In this document: in pieces, positions 14,918 through 22,939 of the stretch
Layout: the number at the start of each line of letters is the position of its first letter
Position numbering within the stretch: the stretch's first letter is position 1
Source of the DNA: a virus
Length of the DNA: 44,761 bases
Strand: one strand, 5' to 3'
IMG/VR virus record: IMGVR_UViG_3300045988_103633
Span: 1-44,761 of that record
Notes under the pieces: model-generated
Databases searched by the model: none
Told to the model about the DNA's origin: nothing
Seen by the model: only the letters and a program-made list of their open reading frames with translations
Translations under genes and position numbers: made by a program

Positions 14918-15079
14918 ATGACAGAAATTGAATGGGCGTTATTCATCGTAGCATTATTTTTCGGCAATATCTCATTTCGTGATAGACAAGGCGTGCCACG
15001 CTTTGAATATAGCGGATTGGTTGCATATCTAATCAAAAAGGCTTTTGAAGCTATAAAAACGATAAAAGAGGATGATTGA
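14918..15079 (+). CDS. Hypothetical 53-aa protein missing from the ORF track
   Basis: My translation is MTEIEWALFIVALFFGNISFRDRQGVPRFEYSGLVAYLIKKAFEAIKTIKEDD. It exactly fills the gap between neighbouring genes and ends in a TGATG overlap. Confidence 0.5.
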   Translation: MTEIEWALFIVALFFGNISFRDRQGVPRFEYSGLVAYLIKKAFEAIKTIKEDD

Positions 15080-15576
15080 TGATGGAAAAAGGACAATATA
15101 TGTGCGCTTTAAACACAGATCAAAAAGTATGGGAAGTAACAGAACGTTTCAACACAAGAATCGAAGCTATTAATGCAGGCATTAAAGGTTTGGCAGAAAA
15201 AGACGAAGACATTTTCGGAGAAATCCCAGAAATAGGAACGACAAAATTCGCAGTTGGCAGAATAAGCGAATACAAAATCAATTTTGAAAACGTGGCAGAA
15301 GAGATCATGGAGATCATAAGTGAAGATGCCTATGATTATCTAGGAGAATCGGCAACGAACTATCTTGAAGACGTTGAGGACGATCAAAAGAAAAGATTTG
15401 CAAGCTTGATCGAAAAATTTTTCAAGGAAGAAGAATTGATGCCAAAATGTTTCAACATCGTTGACATTGAAGAATATGACATCACGGACTTATTCGGATC
15501 ATACGTGAAAAACAATACATTTCCGGATTTCGTCAAAAAGGAATGGAGAAGCGGCTTTGATGCAGACATGGCTTAA
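15079..15576 (+). CDS. Strongly acidic hypothetical protein (165 aa)
   Basis: Rich in D/E (EDAYDYLGESATNYLEDVEDDQ..., IVDIEEYDITDLF). ORF track 15076..15576. Confidence 0.65.
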   Translation: MMEKGQYMCALNTDQKVWEVTERFNTRIEAINAGIKGLAEKDEDIFGEIPEIGTTKFAVGRISEYKINFENVAEEIMEIISEDAYDYLGESATNYLEDVEDDQKKRFASLIEKFFKEEELMPKCFNIVDIEEYDITDLFGSYVKNNTFPDFVKKEWRSGFDADMA

Positions 15577-15994
15577 AGAATACCGAATGAAACAAGCAAA
15601 CGAGTTGATCCGAATGATCGCAAATCGTGGCCGGCGTTTCTTTGATTATACGACAGTTAAGAGAATGGATAACGAAGCACTTTTGGGGAGTGTGTCGCAT
15701 TTCATTATCAAAAACAACCGTGTCTATTTCAAGGATGGTTATACACAGAAAGAAATGTTTGCTTATAACCATCTTTACATGAAAGAATTCACGCCAGGCG
15801 GAACGCTCGAAGCGCTTGTGTTGGATTTGTCGGAGTTCATTCGAACAGGCGAACCAACTAACGGCAATAATGGATATGGCGGTGTATATGCGCCAACAGA
15901 ACATTGGGGCTATTCGATCGAAGAAATGGAAGAGATCAGAGCGTATGCAGAGGAAATCGGATTTGCTAAGGGGGAAACAAAGTGGAAGGCTTGA
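15560..15994 (+). CDS. Hypothetical protein (144 aa)
   Basis: ORF track 15557..15994. ATG at 15560. Confidence 0.6.
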   Translation: MQTWLKEYRMKQANELIRMIANRGRRFFDYTTVKRMDNEALLGSVSHFIIKNNRVYFKDGYTQKEMFAYNHLYMKEFTPGGTLEALVLDLSEFIRTGEPTNGNNGYGGVYAPTEHWGYSIEEMEEIRAYAEEIGFAKGETKWKA

Positions 15995-16212
15995 ATTTGA
16001 GAACGTTCGTTGTGGTCAACGGCAATGAATACGTGGTCAGCACCGTTTATGCTTATGCTTTGGGATGGGAAACAATGGTTTCCAGAACAAACGGCGATCA
16101 AACGGTTGTGGATTGGCAAGAAATAGATAAATATACCAGGCGTTACTTTTCCGAGGAAAAAGCAAGAGAAGGCCATCGGGAAACGATTATCGCTTTAAGG
16201 AGGGATGCTTGA
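15982..16212 (+). CDS. Hypothetical protein (76 aa)
   Basis: ORF track entry. GTG start. Confidence 0.5.
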   Translation: MEGLNLRTFVVVNGNEYVVSTVYAYALGWETMVSRTNGDQTVVDWQEIDKYTRRYFSEEKAREGHRETIIALRRDA

Positions 16213-16394
16213 TGGCTGACATCGTTTTCCGGATAGCGTGTGGCATGGCAATTGTATTGCTGGCTATATACGCAAAAAAAGAATTTAAAGAAACATCAAG
16301 AAGAAATGAACAGTTGCGCAGAACAATCACAGGAAGAAGGAAAAAACAGAATGAACGAACGCCAGAAGAAAAAACAACTGAAAAAGATCGTTGA
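16212..16394 (+). CDS. Small TM protein with a basic tail (60 aa)
   Basis: TGATG overlap. Translation begins MADIVFRIACGMAIVLLAIYA. Confidence 0.5.
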   Translation: MADIVFRIACGMAIVLLAIYAKKEFKETSRRNEQLRRTITGRRKKQNERTPEEKTTEKDR

Positions 16395-16695
16395 TCTAAT
16401 GAATCAAATCGAAATCGATGATTATGACGGCCAGGAAAATGAATTGTTTTATGTTTTGGCCGAAGCAAATGAAAAACATCAAGCGATTCTTGAAAAAATA
16501 TGCAGTATAACGAAGGCGAACAAGTTACTCGTTCACATGATGTACGAATACGAAGACATGATGGATGATTTTAGGGATTGGGTCGTACAATTCGATTTAA
16601 CAGAAGTATGGATGCTTATCAAGCAATGGCCGAAAAAATATGACATGGCTTATAACTCGAAAAAAGGATTTGTGATCGTGAGGGATCAAATGTGA
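16351..16695 (+). CDS. Hypothetical protein (114 aa)
   Basis: ATG follows GGAAGAAGG. In frame with ORF-track 16240..16695. Confidence 0.55.
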   Translation: MNERQKKKQLKKIVDLMNQIEIDDYDGQENELFYVLAEANEKHQAILEKICSITKANKLLVHMMYEYEDMMDDFRDWVVQFDLTEVWMLIKQWPKKYDMAYNSKKGFVIVRDQM

Positions 16696-16919
16696 CAAAC
16701 AAAGAGATCAAAGAAGCATTGCAACAAGAGGGAATGCCGATTTTAAGAACTATGAAAGGAAATCTAGTTTTATATCTACCGCTAGGATCAGCAGATCGAT
16801 ATAAACCGATCGCAGAGACCTGGCACAGGAAATGGATCATCCTTGATGATATCAAGCTTTTGGGAAACAAGGCGTTTGATGTAATAAAGTTATTAAACAA
16901 ATGGGATCATAAAAACTAA
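16692..16919 (+). CDS. Hypothetical protein (75 aa), last early gene
   Basis: ORF track entry. GTG start overlaps the upstream stop. Confidence 0.55.
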   Translation: MTNKEIKEALQQEGMPILRTMKGNLVLYLPLGSADRYKPIAETWHRKWIILDDIKLLGNKAFDVIKLLNKWDHKN

Positions 16920-16926
16920 TTAAGGA

Positions 16927-16942
16927 TGTTTCACATGGAACA
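16927..16942. promoter_or_regulatory. Palindrome copy c (TGTTTCACATGGAACA), covering the -35 region of the promoter at 16949
   Basis: It ends 6 nt before TATAAT 16949-16954. Confidence 0.8.
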
Positions 16943-16948
16943 TTAGTG

Positions 16949-16954
16949 TATAAT
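16949..16954 (+). promoter_or_regulatory. Candidate -10 box (gtgTATAAT), first of two identical boxes in the late leader
   Basis: GTGTATAAT occurs here and again at 17148-17156. Confidence 0.5.
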
Positions 16955-16961
16955 GAACGAA

Positions 16962-17137
16962 GGTGCCACGGCATCGATCATTTGGTTTCTTCTTTCATGA
17001 TTCAAGTCCGATTTTTGTTGGAGAAGTCGGCAACGATGTGGATTGATTGGACTACTCACAATTTTCCATTTCTTATCCTATCAAATTCGGCCGTTGGTAG
17101 TCGGGATGAAGGTTTGCTTAACAGCAAGCCTTTTTTT
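16962..17137 (+). ncRNA. Candidate ~175-nt untranslated leader/regulatory RNA ending at an intrinsic terminator
   Basis: It is bounded by the promoter-like box at 16949 and the terminator at 17111-17137. There is no RBS-preceded ORF. The track ORF 16946..17155 starts inside the -10 box. Confidence 0.35.
17111..17137 (+). terminator. Intrinsic terminator inside the late leader
   Basis: Stem ggtttgct-taac-agcaagcc (one G-U pair) followed by T7. Confidence 0.7.
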
Positions 17138-17150
17138 GTTGGTTTCCGTG

Positions 17151-17156
17151 TATAAT
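17151..17156 (+). promoter_or_regulatory. Second gtgTATAAT box, 32 nt before the ParB-like gene
   Basis: ccgtgtataatagacg. Duplicate of the 16946-16954 box. Confidence 0.5.
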
Positions 17157-17188
17157 AGACGTATCAAATGCAAGAAAGGAGAAAGGAC

Positions 17189-17809
17189 ATGAAAAACAAT
17201 GATGAAATGATCGGATCAAAGGAAATAAAGATCGTTCCGATTGATCTCGTGATCCCTTACGAAGAAAATCCACGCTTGAATGATAAGGCGGTGGAGTACG
17301 TGAAGAATTCAATTAAACAATTCAAATTTGCACAGCCGATCGCAGTCGATAAAGATGGCGTGATCATTGCAGGGCATACGAGATATAGAGCATCGAAAGA
17401 ATTAGGCCTGGAAAGTGTGCCGGTGGTCGTATTGGACTATTTAAACGATGAAGAAGTAAAGGCCTATCGATTGGCAGATAATAAAGTGGCCGAATTTGCT
17501 GATTGGGATTTTGAAAAGCTGAATTTGGAACTAGACAGCTTATTAGATACAGAAATCAGCATGGAAGATTTTGGTTTTGCATTTAATACCGAATTGGAGT
17601 TCGAAGACGAAGAAGAGCAGGAAGCATCGGAAATGATACAGATCAAATTTGCATTAGCACCAGAGCAAGCCGAGATCATGGAAGGCGTGTTCCAGTTATT
17701 AGAACCGAACTCGAAGACATATGGCAACGAAGATCAATTGGGAAACAAGTTCTTTTCATTAGCAGAACAGTGGGCTAAGATGAAGCAGGAAGCGAGGGGA
17801 TCAGATTGA
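17189..17809 (+). CDS. ParB-like nuclease-domain protein (ParBc), first gene of the packaging/late block
   Basis: IKIVPIDLVIPYEENPR...QPIAVDKDGVIIAGHTRYRASKELGLESVPVVVL matches the ParB box order (GxxRxRA). ATG 17189 is 6 nt after AAAGGAGA. Confidence 0.75.
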   Translation: MKNNDEMIGSKEIKIVPIDLVIPYEENPRLNDKAVEYVKNSIKQFKFAQPIAVDKDGVIIAGHTRYRASKELGLESVPVVVLDYLNDEEVKAYRLADNKVAEFADWDFEKLNLELDSLLDTEISMEDFGFAFNTELEFEDEEEQEASEMIQIKFALAPEQAEIMEGVFQLLEPNSKTYGNEDQLGNKFFSLAEQWAKMKQEARGSD

Positions 17810-18411
17810 CGAAGAAGAAGCCGGCCGATCAAAAGAAGCGTGCAGGCCGTAAAAGCAAGTATGAAACACACGTCAAGCCTTACTTTGAGCGCATCGAACT
17901 AATGAAGAAAAACGGATATCATGATGAAGACATCGCAAAAGCATTGGACGTCAACAAGTCGACATTTTCATCTTTCAAAAGCAAATATCCCGAATTAAGA
18001 GAATTATTGGAAAAGGCAAACGTTGATCTTGAATTGAAAGTGATTGATTCATTAGCGCAAAGAGCCGTAGGGATGAGATACACCGAAAAGAAGAAGATCA
18101 TGCGCAAGAAAGAAGGCCAGGTGGTATTTCAAGAGATTGTGGAAACAGAAAAATTCTTGCCACCAGACGTGGGAGCAATAGCGTTATACATGAAGCGTAA
18201 CAACATTTACAACACAGCAGAAGAAGAATTGACGAAAGCCCGGATCAGAAAGGCCAACGCCGAAACGGATATGCTAACCGGAGAAAGCCAGGGAGAAGAT
18301 GCAAACAATTGGGCGCAAGGCGTGCTAAGCCTTACAGAAAGACAAAGGATGGCCAATGGAGAGCGTAGGCGCATCTTTGATGATGAGGAAACGGACAAAA
18401 TGGAAGAGTAA
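17806..18411 (+). CDS. terS: Terminase small subunit
   Basis: N-terminal GRKSKYETHVKPYFERIELMKKNGYHDEDIAKALDVNKSTFSSFKSKYPELRELLEKA is a typical HTH TerS N-terminus. Sits upstream of TerL. TTG start. Confidence 0.75.
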   Translation: MTKKKPADQKKRAGRKSKYETHVKPYFERIELMKKNGYHDEDIAKALDVNKSTFSSFKSKYPELRELLEKANVDLELKVIDSLAQRAVGMRYTEKKKIMRKKEGQVVFQEIVETEKFLPPDVGAIALYMKRNNIYNTAEEELTKARIRKANAETDMLTGESQGEDANNWAQGVLSLTERQRMANGERRRIFDDEETDKMEE

Positions 18412-18530
18412 TGTTATTTTTATTTTGTACCGCCACCGGAGCAGTATCAAACAAAAGTATTGATATATCAACAATCACGAAAAAACGGCAATTTTAACAG
18501 ACTGTTATTTTTGCCAGAAAGGAAAGAAAT

Positions 18531-20006
18531 ATGACTGAAAAAGATAAAAACATCGAAGCGGATAAGATCGATTGGGCAGAAATTGTCAGTGTATACTACA
18601 ATGATCCAGTCGCATTTGCAGAAGACTTTTTGAATTTCGTGCCGGATGATTGGCAAGCAAAGGTTATGTATGATATTTGTGATCATCCATTCGTTGCCGT
18701 CAAGTCCGGTCAAGGTGTAGGGAAAACAGGGGTCGAATCAGCAGTGATCTTATGGTACTTATGCACAAGACCGAATGCAAGGATCGTGGCAACAGCACCG
18801 ACGAAACAGCAGCTGCAAGATGTTTTGTGGGCGGAGGTTTCGAAGTGGCTTGTAAACACAAAGCTCGAACGATTGATCACGTGGACGAAAACAAAGATAT
18901 ACATGAACGGTCATGGGGAACGATGGTTCGCAGTAGCTAAGACATCTAACCGGCCAGAAAACATGCAAGGTTATCACGAAGAAAACATGATCTTTATTGT
19001 GGACGAAGCATCCGGGATCGATGATGAAGTAATGGAAGCTGTATTGGGTACGTTGTCCGGTAAAGATAACAAGCTTTTGATGATGGGAAACCCCACGAAA
19101 GTTTCCGGGATATTCTACGATGCATTTCATAAGGATCGCAGAGATTACAAAACACACACAGTCGATTCCAGAAACAGCCCAAGAGCATCCAAAGAAAACA
19201 TCCGGCGTTTGATTAATCGTTACGGCGAAGAAAGTGACGTGGTGGCAGTCCGTGTCAAAGGCGATTTCCCAAGTGGAGAGCCGAACGCATTCATTTCACT
19301 AACCGAAGTAGAAAAGGCCGTATCAAGAGATTTGGAAGGCTACGAGAAACGCAAGTTCGATGCTTACAAGTTTTATACAAACGGCGTGATCCAAAACATC
19401 ATCGATATTCCAAAAGATGCAGAAATACGGATCGGGGTCGATATTGCCAGACATGGGGATGATGAAACGGTTCTCGCACCACGTGTCGGCCTTTACTCGC
19501 TACCATTGCAAACATTCGGTAAGCAAGACTTAATGACCACCACAGGGCGCATCATGCTAATGGCGAAAGAGCTACACGAGATATACAACCGCAAGATCGC
19601 AATAACATTGGATGATACAGGGGTCGGCGGTGGTGTCACAGACCGACTGAAAGAGATCGTGACAGAAGAAAATTTGGATTGGATGCAGGTCGATCCGGTC
19701 AACTTTGCTGAAAAGGGTAACGATGATTATATGGGCGTTATCTCTTTGATGTATGGGAACTTTAAAGATTACATCGATTCCATCAAGTTGCCAGATGATA
19801 ACGATATGATCGGACAACTTACGATCCGCCGGTTCGATGTCGAAAGTAAAGGGCGCATCAAGATCGAATCCAAAAAGGAAATGAAGCGCCGTGGCCATCC
19901 GTCACCGGATAGAGCCGAAGCCGTTGTGATGTCGTATTACAAACCGCCATTCGATGCTACTCAATTCAAGATAACGCCACAAATGATCAAAATTAATAAG
20001 AAATAG
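18531..20006 (+). CDS. terL: Terminase large subunit
   Basis: Walker A SGQGVGKT, Walker B IFIVDEASGI, C-terminal nuclease-like GVDIARHGDDETV. 491 aa. Confidence 0.9.
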   Translation: MTEKDKNIEADKIDWAEIVSVYYNDPVAFAEDFLNFVPDDWQAKVMYDICDHPFVAVKSGQGVGKTGVESAVILWYLCTRPNARIVATAPTKQQLQDVLWAEVSKWLVNTKLERLITWTKTKIYMNGHGERWFAVAKTSNRPENMQGYHEENMIFIVDEASGIDDEVMEAVLGTLSGKDNKLLMMGNPTKVSGIFYDAFHKDRRDYKTHTVDSRNSPRASKENIRRLINRYGEESDVVAVRVKGDFPSGEPNAFISLTEVEKAVSRDLEGYEKRKFDAYKFYTNGVIQNIIDIPKDAEIRIGVDIARHGDDETVLAPRVGLYSLPLQTFGKQDLMTTTGRIMLMAKELHEIYNRKIAITLDDTGVGGGVTDRLKEIVTEENLDWMQVDPVNFAEKGNDDYMGVISLMYGNFKDYIDSIKLPDDNDMIGQLTIRRFDVESKGRIKIESKKEMKRRGHPSPDRAEAVVMSYYKPPFDATQFKITPQMIKINKK

Positions 20007-20018
20007 GGGGATAACACA

Positions 20019-21539
20019 ATGAATTTTTTTAACAAGAGCATCCGGGAAAAGAAAGAACGTGAGAAAGCCAGTAAGGAAAAGCGAAACCGTGAGTTAGTCA
20101 TGCAACAGTTGGATGCAGTAGGCAACCAGGCAAGGGATATGATTTCCGTCATGGCCGTTAAAAAAGCCGAAAACAATCCAAAAGGACGGCAGACAGAACC
20201 AAAATACGAGCAGTTTAATTTAATTAAGAACATGCCAATCAAGCGTGAATATTATCGATCGAAACAAGCGATCGAATTGCTTTATTATATTTTGAATGTA
20301 ACACCGGACGGATCGCAGGCAAAGAACAATTATTTGCGACTAGCTAACAAGGGTCATTATGTCGAAGTATTGGGATTTGATGGTAAACCGCACGCAGAAG
20401 GCACAGCCTACATCAACGAAGAACTTGCGCCACGCATCGGCAAGATATACGGCAAGGGCGCTGATGGCCTGGTAGACGTTTTGAATCTATCGGCATATGT
20501 TTCCGGGGCGGAAGCAATGGAAGTCGAATTGACGGAAAACCTCGATGATGTCGTGGATTTTCACATCATTTCGCCAGAAACCTTGCAATACATCATCAAG
20601 GAAGAAGATGGAACGTTGCAATTGGCGCAGGTTTTAACAGATGGAACAACGCAAGAATTGAATGATCAAGTCCGATATATCCCGATTGATCCGATGATTG
20701 ATGATCCTTATGGAGTAAGCCCAATCATTCCAGCATTGCAAGCGTTGATCTTTCAAAAAGAATTCATTGACGATCTGAAAGCAGTAGCACATCATCAAGG
20801 CCACGCAAGAATGGATGTTTCCATCGTAGCCGATAGCATTATTTCATCAGCGCCAGACAGCATCAAGAATGATCCAGAACGATTGACTACGTTTGTGAAT
20901 CAGCAGATCGATCAGATCAAGTCAGACTTTGAGGAATTAGAGCCAACAAGCGATTTTTTCCACACAGACGGTGTACAAGTAGATATGGCAGGCGGAACGC
21001 AAGGAAGATCGATGGACTTCACACCACTAATGACCGTAGTCGATCGACAAGTTATGCAGGCATTGAAACAATTGCCGATCTTGATGGGTAGAAACGAATC
21101 GACAACAGAAACGCATGGATCAATCCAATGGCAAATCTTTGTTGATACTATTGAAGCATGGCAAAACGTCACAAAGCGGATGCTTGAATGGGGATATAAC
21201 CTGGCATTGCAGGTCAAAGGCATCCCAGCAAAAGCAACAGTGACGTTCGAGAAGGTACGTGCAGAAGATCGCAAGGCAGAAGCCGAAGCATACGAAATCG
21301 AGATCAGAAACAATCAGGCTTTATATCAACAAGGCATCATCGATCAAGAAACGTTTGCTATGAATACCACCGGAGAAGACCCGGCAGAAGAAACGCCACG
21401 ATCCCAGGGAACAGGCACAAGCGGTTCGGGAACGAACTTTTCATCGCTATTGGCTAAGTACAGCACACCGGCCAACGAAGAAGGCACAGAAGATGACGAA
21501 GAGAACGCCGGTCGTAGTCGTTCGGCATTTCCCTATTAA
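20019..21539 (+). CDS. Portal protein
   Basis: 506 aa, directly after TerL and before the Mu-F-like gene. Acidic C-terminal tail. Called on size and synteny. Confidence 0.8.
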   Translation: MNFFNKSIREKKEREKASKEKRNRELVMQQLDAVGNQARDMISVMAVKKAENNPKGRQTEPKYEQFNLIKNMPIKREYYRSKQAIELLYYILNVTPDGSQAKNNYLRLANKGHYVEVLGFDGKPHAEGTAYINEELAPRIGKIYGKGADGLVDVLNLSAYVSGAEAMEVELTENLDDVVDFHIISPETLQYIIKEEDGTLQLAQVLTDGTTQELNDQVRYIPIDPMIDDPYGVSPIIPALQALIFQKEFIDDLKAVAHHQGHARMDVSIVADSIISSAPDSIKNDPERLTTFVNQQIDQIKSDFEELEPTSDFFHTDGVQVDMAGGTQGRSMDFTPLMTVVDRQVMQALKQLPILMGRNESTTETHGSIQWQIFVDTIEAWQNVTKRMLEWGYNLALQVKGIPAKATVTFEKVRAEDRKAEAEAYEIEIRNNQALYQQGIIDQETFAMNTTGEDPAEETPRSQGTGTSGSGTNFSSLLAKYSTPANEEGTEDDEENAGRSRSAFPY

Positions 21540-22512
21540 GCCCGGAATGAACCGGGCAGAAGGATCAGACGAATTCATTGCAGAGATCGGACAGCCGTTT
21601 TCGGATGAGGTAGCCAAGCAATCGATAAAGATGCAAGATGAGATCACGAAGCTATTGAGCAAACAACGTGGATATTTCGAAAAGATGATCAAAGAATCAA
21701 CAGCTTTGCCGGATTTGTTTGTGGATAAGTATGTCGGAGAGAAAGAAGACAGCGAAAAGCGGATCGATTTCGAAGAATTAGGCTTTGAGTTTGACACAGA
21801 GCAGGAGAAAGAAGCGTTCCTTTTATGGTTCAAAGCGAACTTTTACACCGATGAAATGGATAAGTTGATGCAAGAGGAATGGACGGAAATCCTTATGCGT
21901 TGGATCACGGATATTGTGACAGTGGTCGGCGAAATTAATCTCGCAGTTATCGGCATCGATACGGATTTCGGTTGGATTGATGATGCATTAGTCGAGCAAG
22001 TCGAATATATGGCCACCACATCCACCAGGGAAATAGTGGGAACAAACTATCGATCAGTTATGAAAAACATCCTGGCAACGGTAAAGAAGGGCAATTGGTC
22101 GATTCCAGAAGCCGTGAAGAATCTCAAAGAAGAGTTTGCCTTTTCGAATAAGCGTGCAAAAGTGATCGCACGAACGGAGATATTACGAGCGCAATCAACA
22201 GGCCAATTCGGATCGGACATTGATGCATATGATCGGGGATTGATCATCGGCAAGGAATGGCACAGCACACATGATCATCGCACAAGAGATTCGCACGTGT
22301 CAGCAGATGGCCAGGTTCGGGAGTTCCTAGAGCCGTTCGAATTAGTCAACAATGGCACAGTCTCTTATATGTTTTATCCGAGAGACACATCGCTATCAGC
22401 GCCGGCAGAAGAGGTCATTCAGTGTAGATGTTTCTATACTCGTATCATGGCAGGCCAGGAACAAAAAATGATCGATGCCGGATATAGCGTTGACGAAAAA
22501 GAAACCAACTGA
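21493..22512 (+). CDS. Minor head / head morphogenesis protein (Phage_Mu_F, SPP1 gp7 family)
   Basis: ARTEILRAQSTGQ...GKEWHSTHDHRTRDSHVSADGQ...PF...YPRD...IQCRCF is the Mu-F signature. The start is uncertain (ATG 21493 overlaps the portal gene; ATG 21547 is the alternative). Confidence 0.8.
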   Translation: MTKRTPVVVVRHFPIKPGMNRAEGSDEFIAEIGQPFSDEVAKQSIKMQDEITKLLSKQRGYFEKMIKESTALPDLFVDKYVGEKEDSEKRIDFEELGFEFDTEQEKEAFLLWFKANFYTDEMDKLMQEEWTEILMRWITDIVTVVGEINLAVIGIDTDFGWIDDALVEQVEYMATTSTREIVGTNYRSVMKNILATVKKGNWSIPEAVKNLKEEFAFSNKRAKVIARTEILRAQSTGQFGSDIDAYDRGLIIGKEWHSTHDHRTRDSHVSADGQVREFLEPFELVNNGTVSYMFYPRDTSLSAPAEEVIQCRCFYTRIMAGQEQKMIDAGYSVDEKETN

Positions 22513-22737
22513 TAGTATTAAATTTGTCAGAAGAACCGAACACAATTATACAAAACTAAAAAATTCACTATTTTTTATCGGTTTAACTGATTCTTTCTTT
22601 TTCTGAAATGCATGTGAGGTCGTAAGGGGAAACGATCAGCGATGAGGGTTGCGAAAGCAATCCTTTTCGTTTATATTTATCTCATACCTACTTTTTCATT
22701 TGTTTTTTCCATACAAGGGAACTCTTTCATTCGAGAA

Positions 22738-22768
22738 GCGGTGCTGACGTTTTCAGCGCCGTTTTTTT
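22738..22768 (+). terminator. Intrinsic terminator in the 430-bp non-coding island
   Basis: Stem gcggtgctga-cgttt-tcagcgccg followed by T7. Confidence 0.75.
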
Positions 22769-22784
22769 ATGTTAAAATGAATAT

Positions 22785-22867
22785 ACCATGCGGAAACATG
22801 GCGTGTTTAACAAAAACCATTCTTTCGACAAGGGGCGATCTCATCTTTTGATGGGGTTGCCTTTTTT
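22785..22867 (+). ncRNA. Candidate ~80-nt small RNA (extended -10 TGtTAAAAT at 22770-22778 to the terminator at 22831-22867)
   Basis: A promoter-like box lies immediately after terminator 1. There is an internal hairpin ccatg-cggaaa-catgg, a second terminator, and no RBS or credible ORF. Confidence 0.3.
22831..22867 (+). terminator. Second intrinsic terminator of the island (long imperfect stem plus T6)
   Basis: aggggcgatctcatc-tttt-gatggggttgcc followed by ttttttatt. Confidence 0.55.
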
Positions 22868-22891
22868 ATTTGCACATGAACGCTTGTTTGC

Positions 22892-22900
22892 TGATATAAT
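22892..22900 (+). promoter_or_regulatory. Extended -10 promoter TGATATAAT ahead of the head-assembly genes
   Basis: ctgatataat. Palindrome copy d starts 6 nt downstream. Confidence 0.6.
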
Positions 22901-22905
22901 CGAAT

Positions 22906-22921
22906 TGTTACATGTGAAACA
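22906..22921. promoter_or_regulatory. Palindrome copy d (TGTTACATGTGAAACA) between the promoter and the RBS
   Basis: It ends 2 nt before AGGAGGG and about 18 nt before GTG 22940. Confidence 0.8.
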
Positions 22922-22939
22922 TAAGGAGGGAAAGAAATT

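Noticed and set aside
16068-16083. GGAAACAATGGTTTCC and similar GAAACA...TGTTTC strings (also near 22792-22815, 23941-23955, 37570-37585) as extra palindrome copies
   Set aside because: The half-sites are in the opposite order or spacing relative to TGTTNCA-N2-TGNAACA, so they were not counted. Half-site-only matches (for example 13094, 15448, 17853, 36198) were also excluded.
17001-17009. TTCAAGTCC, a T-loop-like string suggesting a tRNA in the late leader
   Set aside because: There are no flanking 5-bp T-stem complements, no acceptor or anticodon arms, and no cloverleaf can be drawn. No tRNA was found anywhere in the window.
16946-17155. 69-aa ORF in the late leader
   Set aside because: Its GTG start lies inside the putative -10 box with no RBS, and it spans the terminator at 17111-17137.
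22642-22851. 69-aa plus-strand ORF in the non-coding island
   Set aside because: It has no Shine-Dalgarno, reads straight through the strong terminator at 22738-22768, and is hydrophobic low-complexity sequence derived from T-runs.
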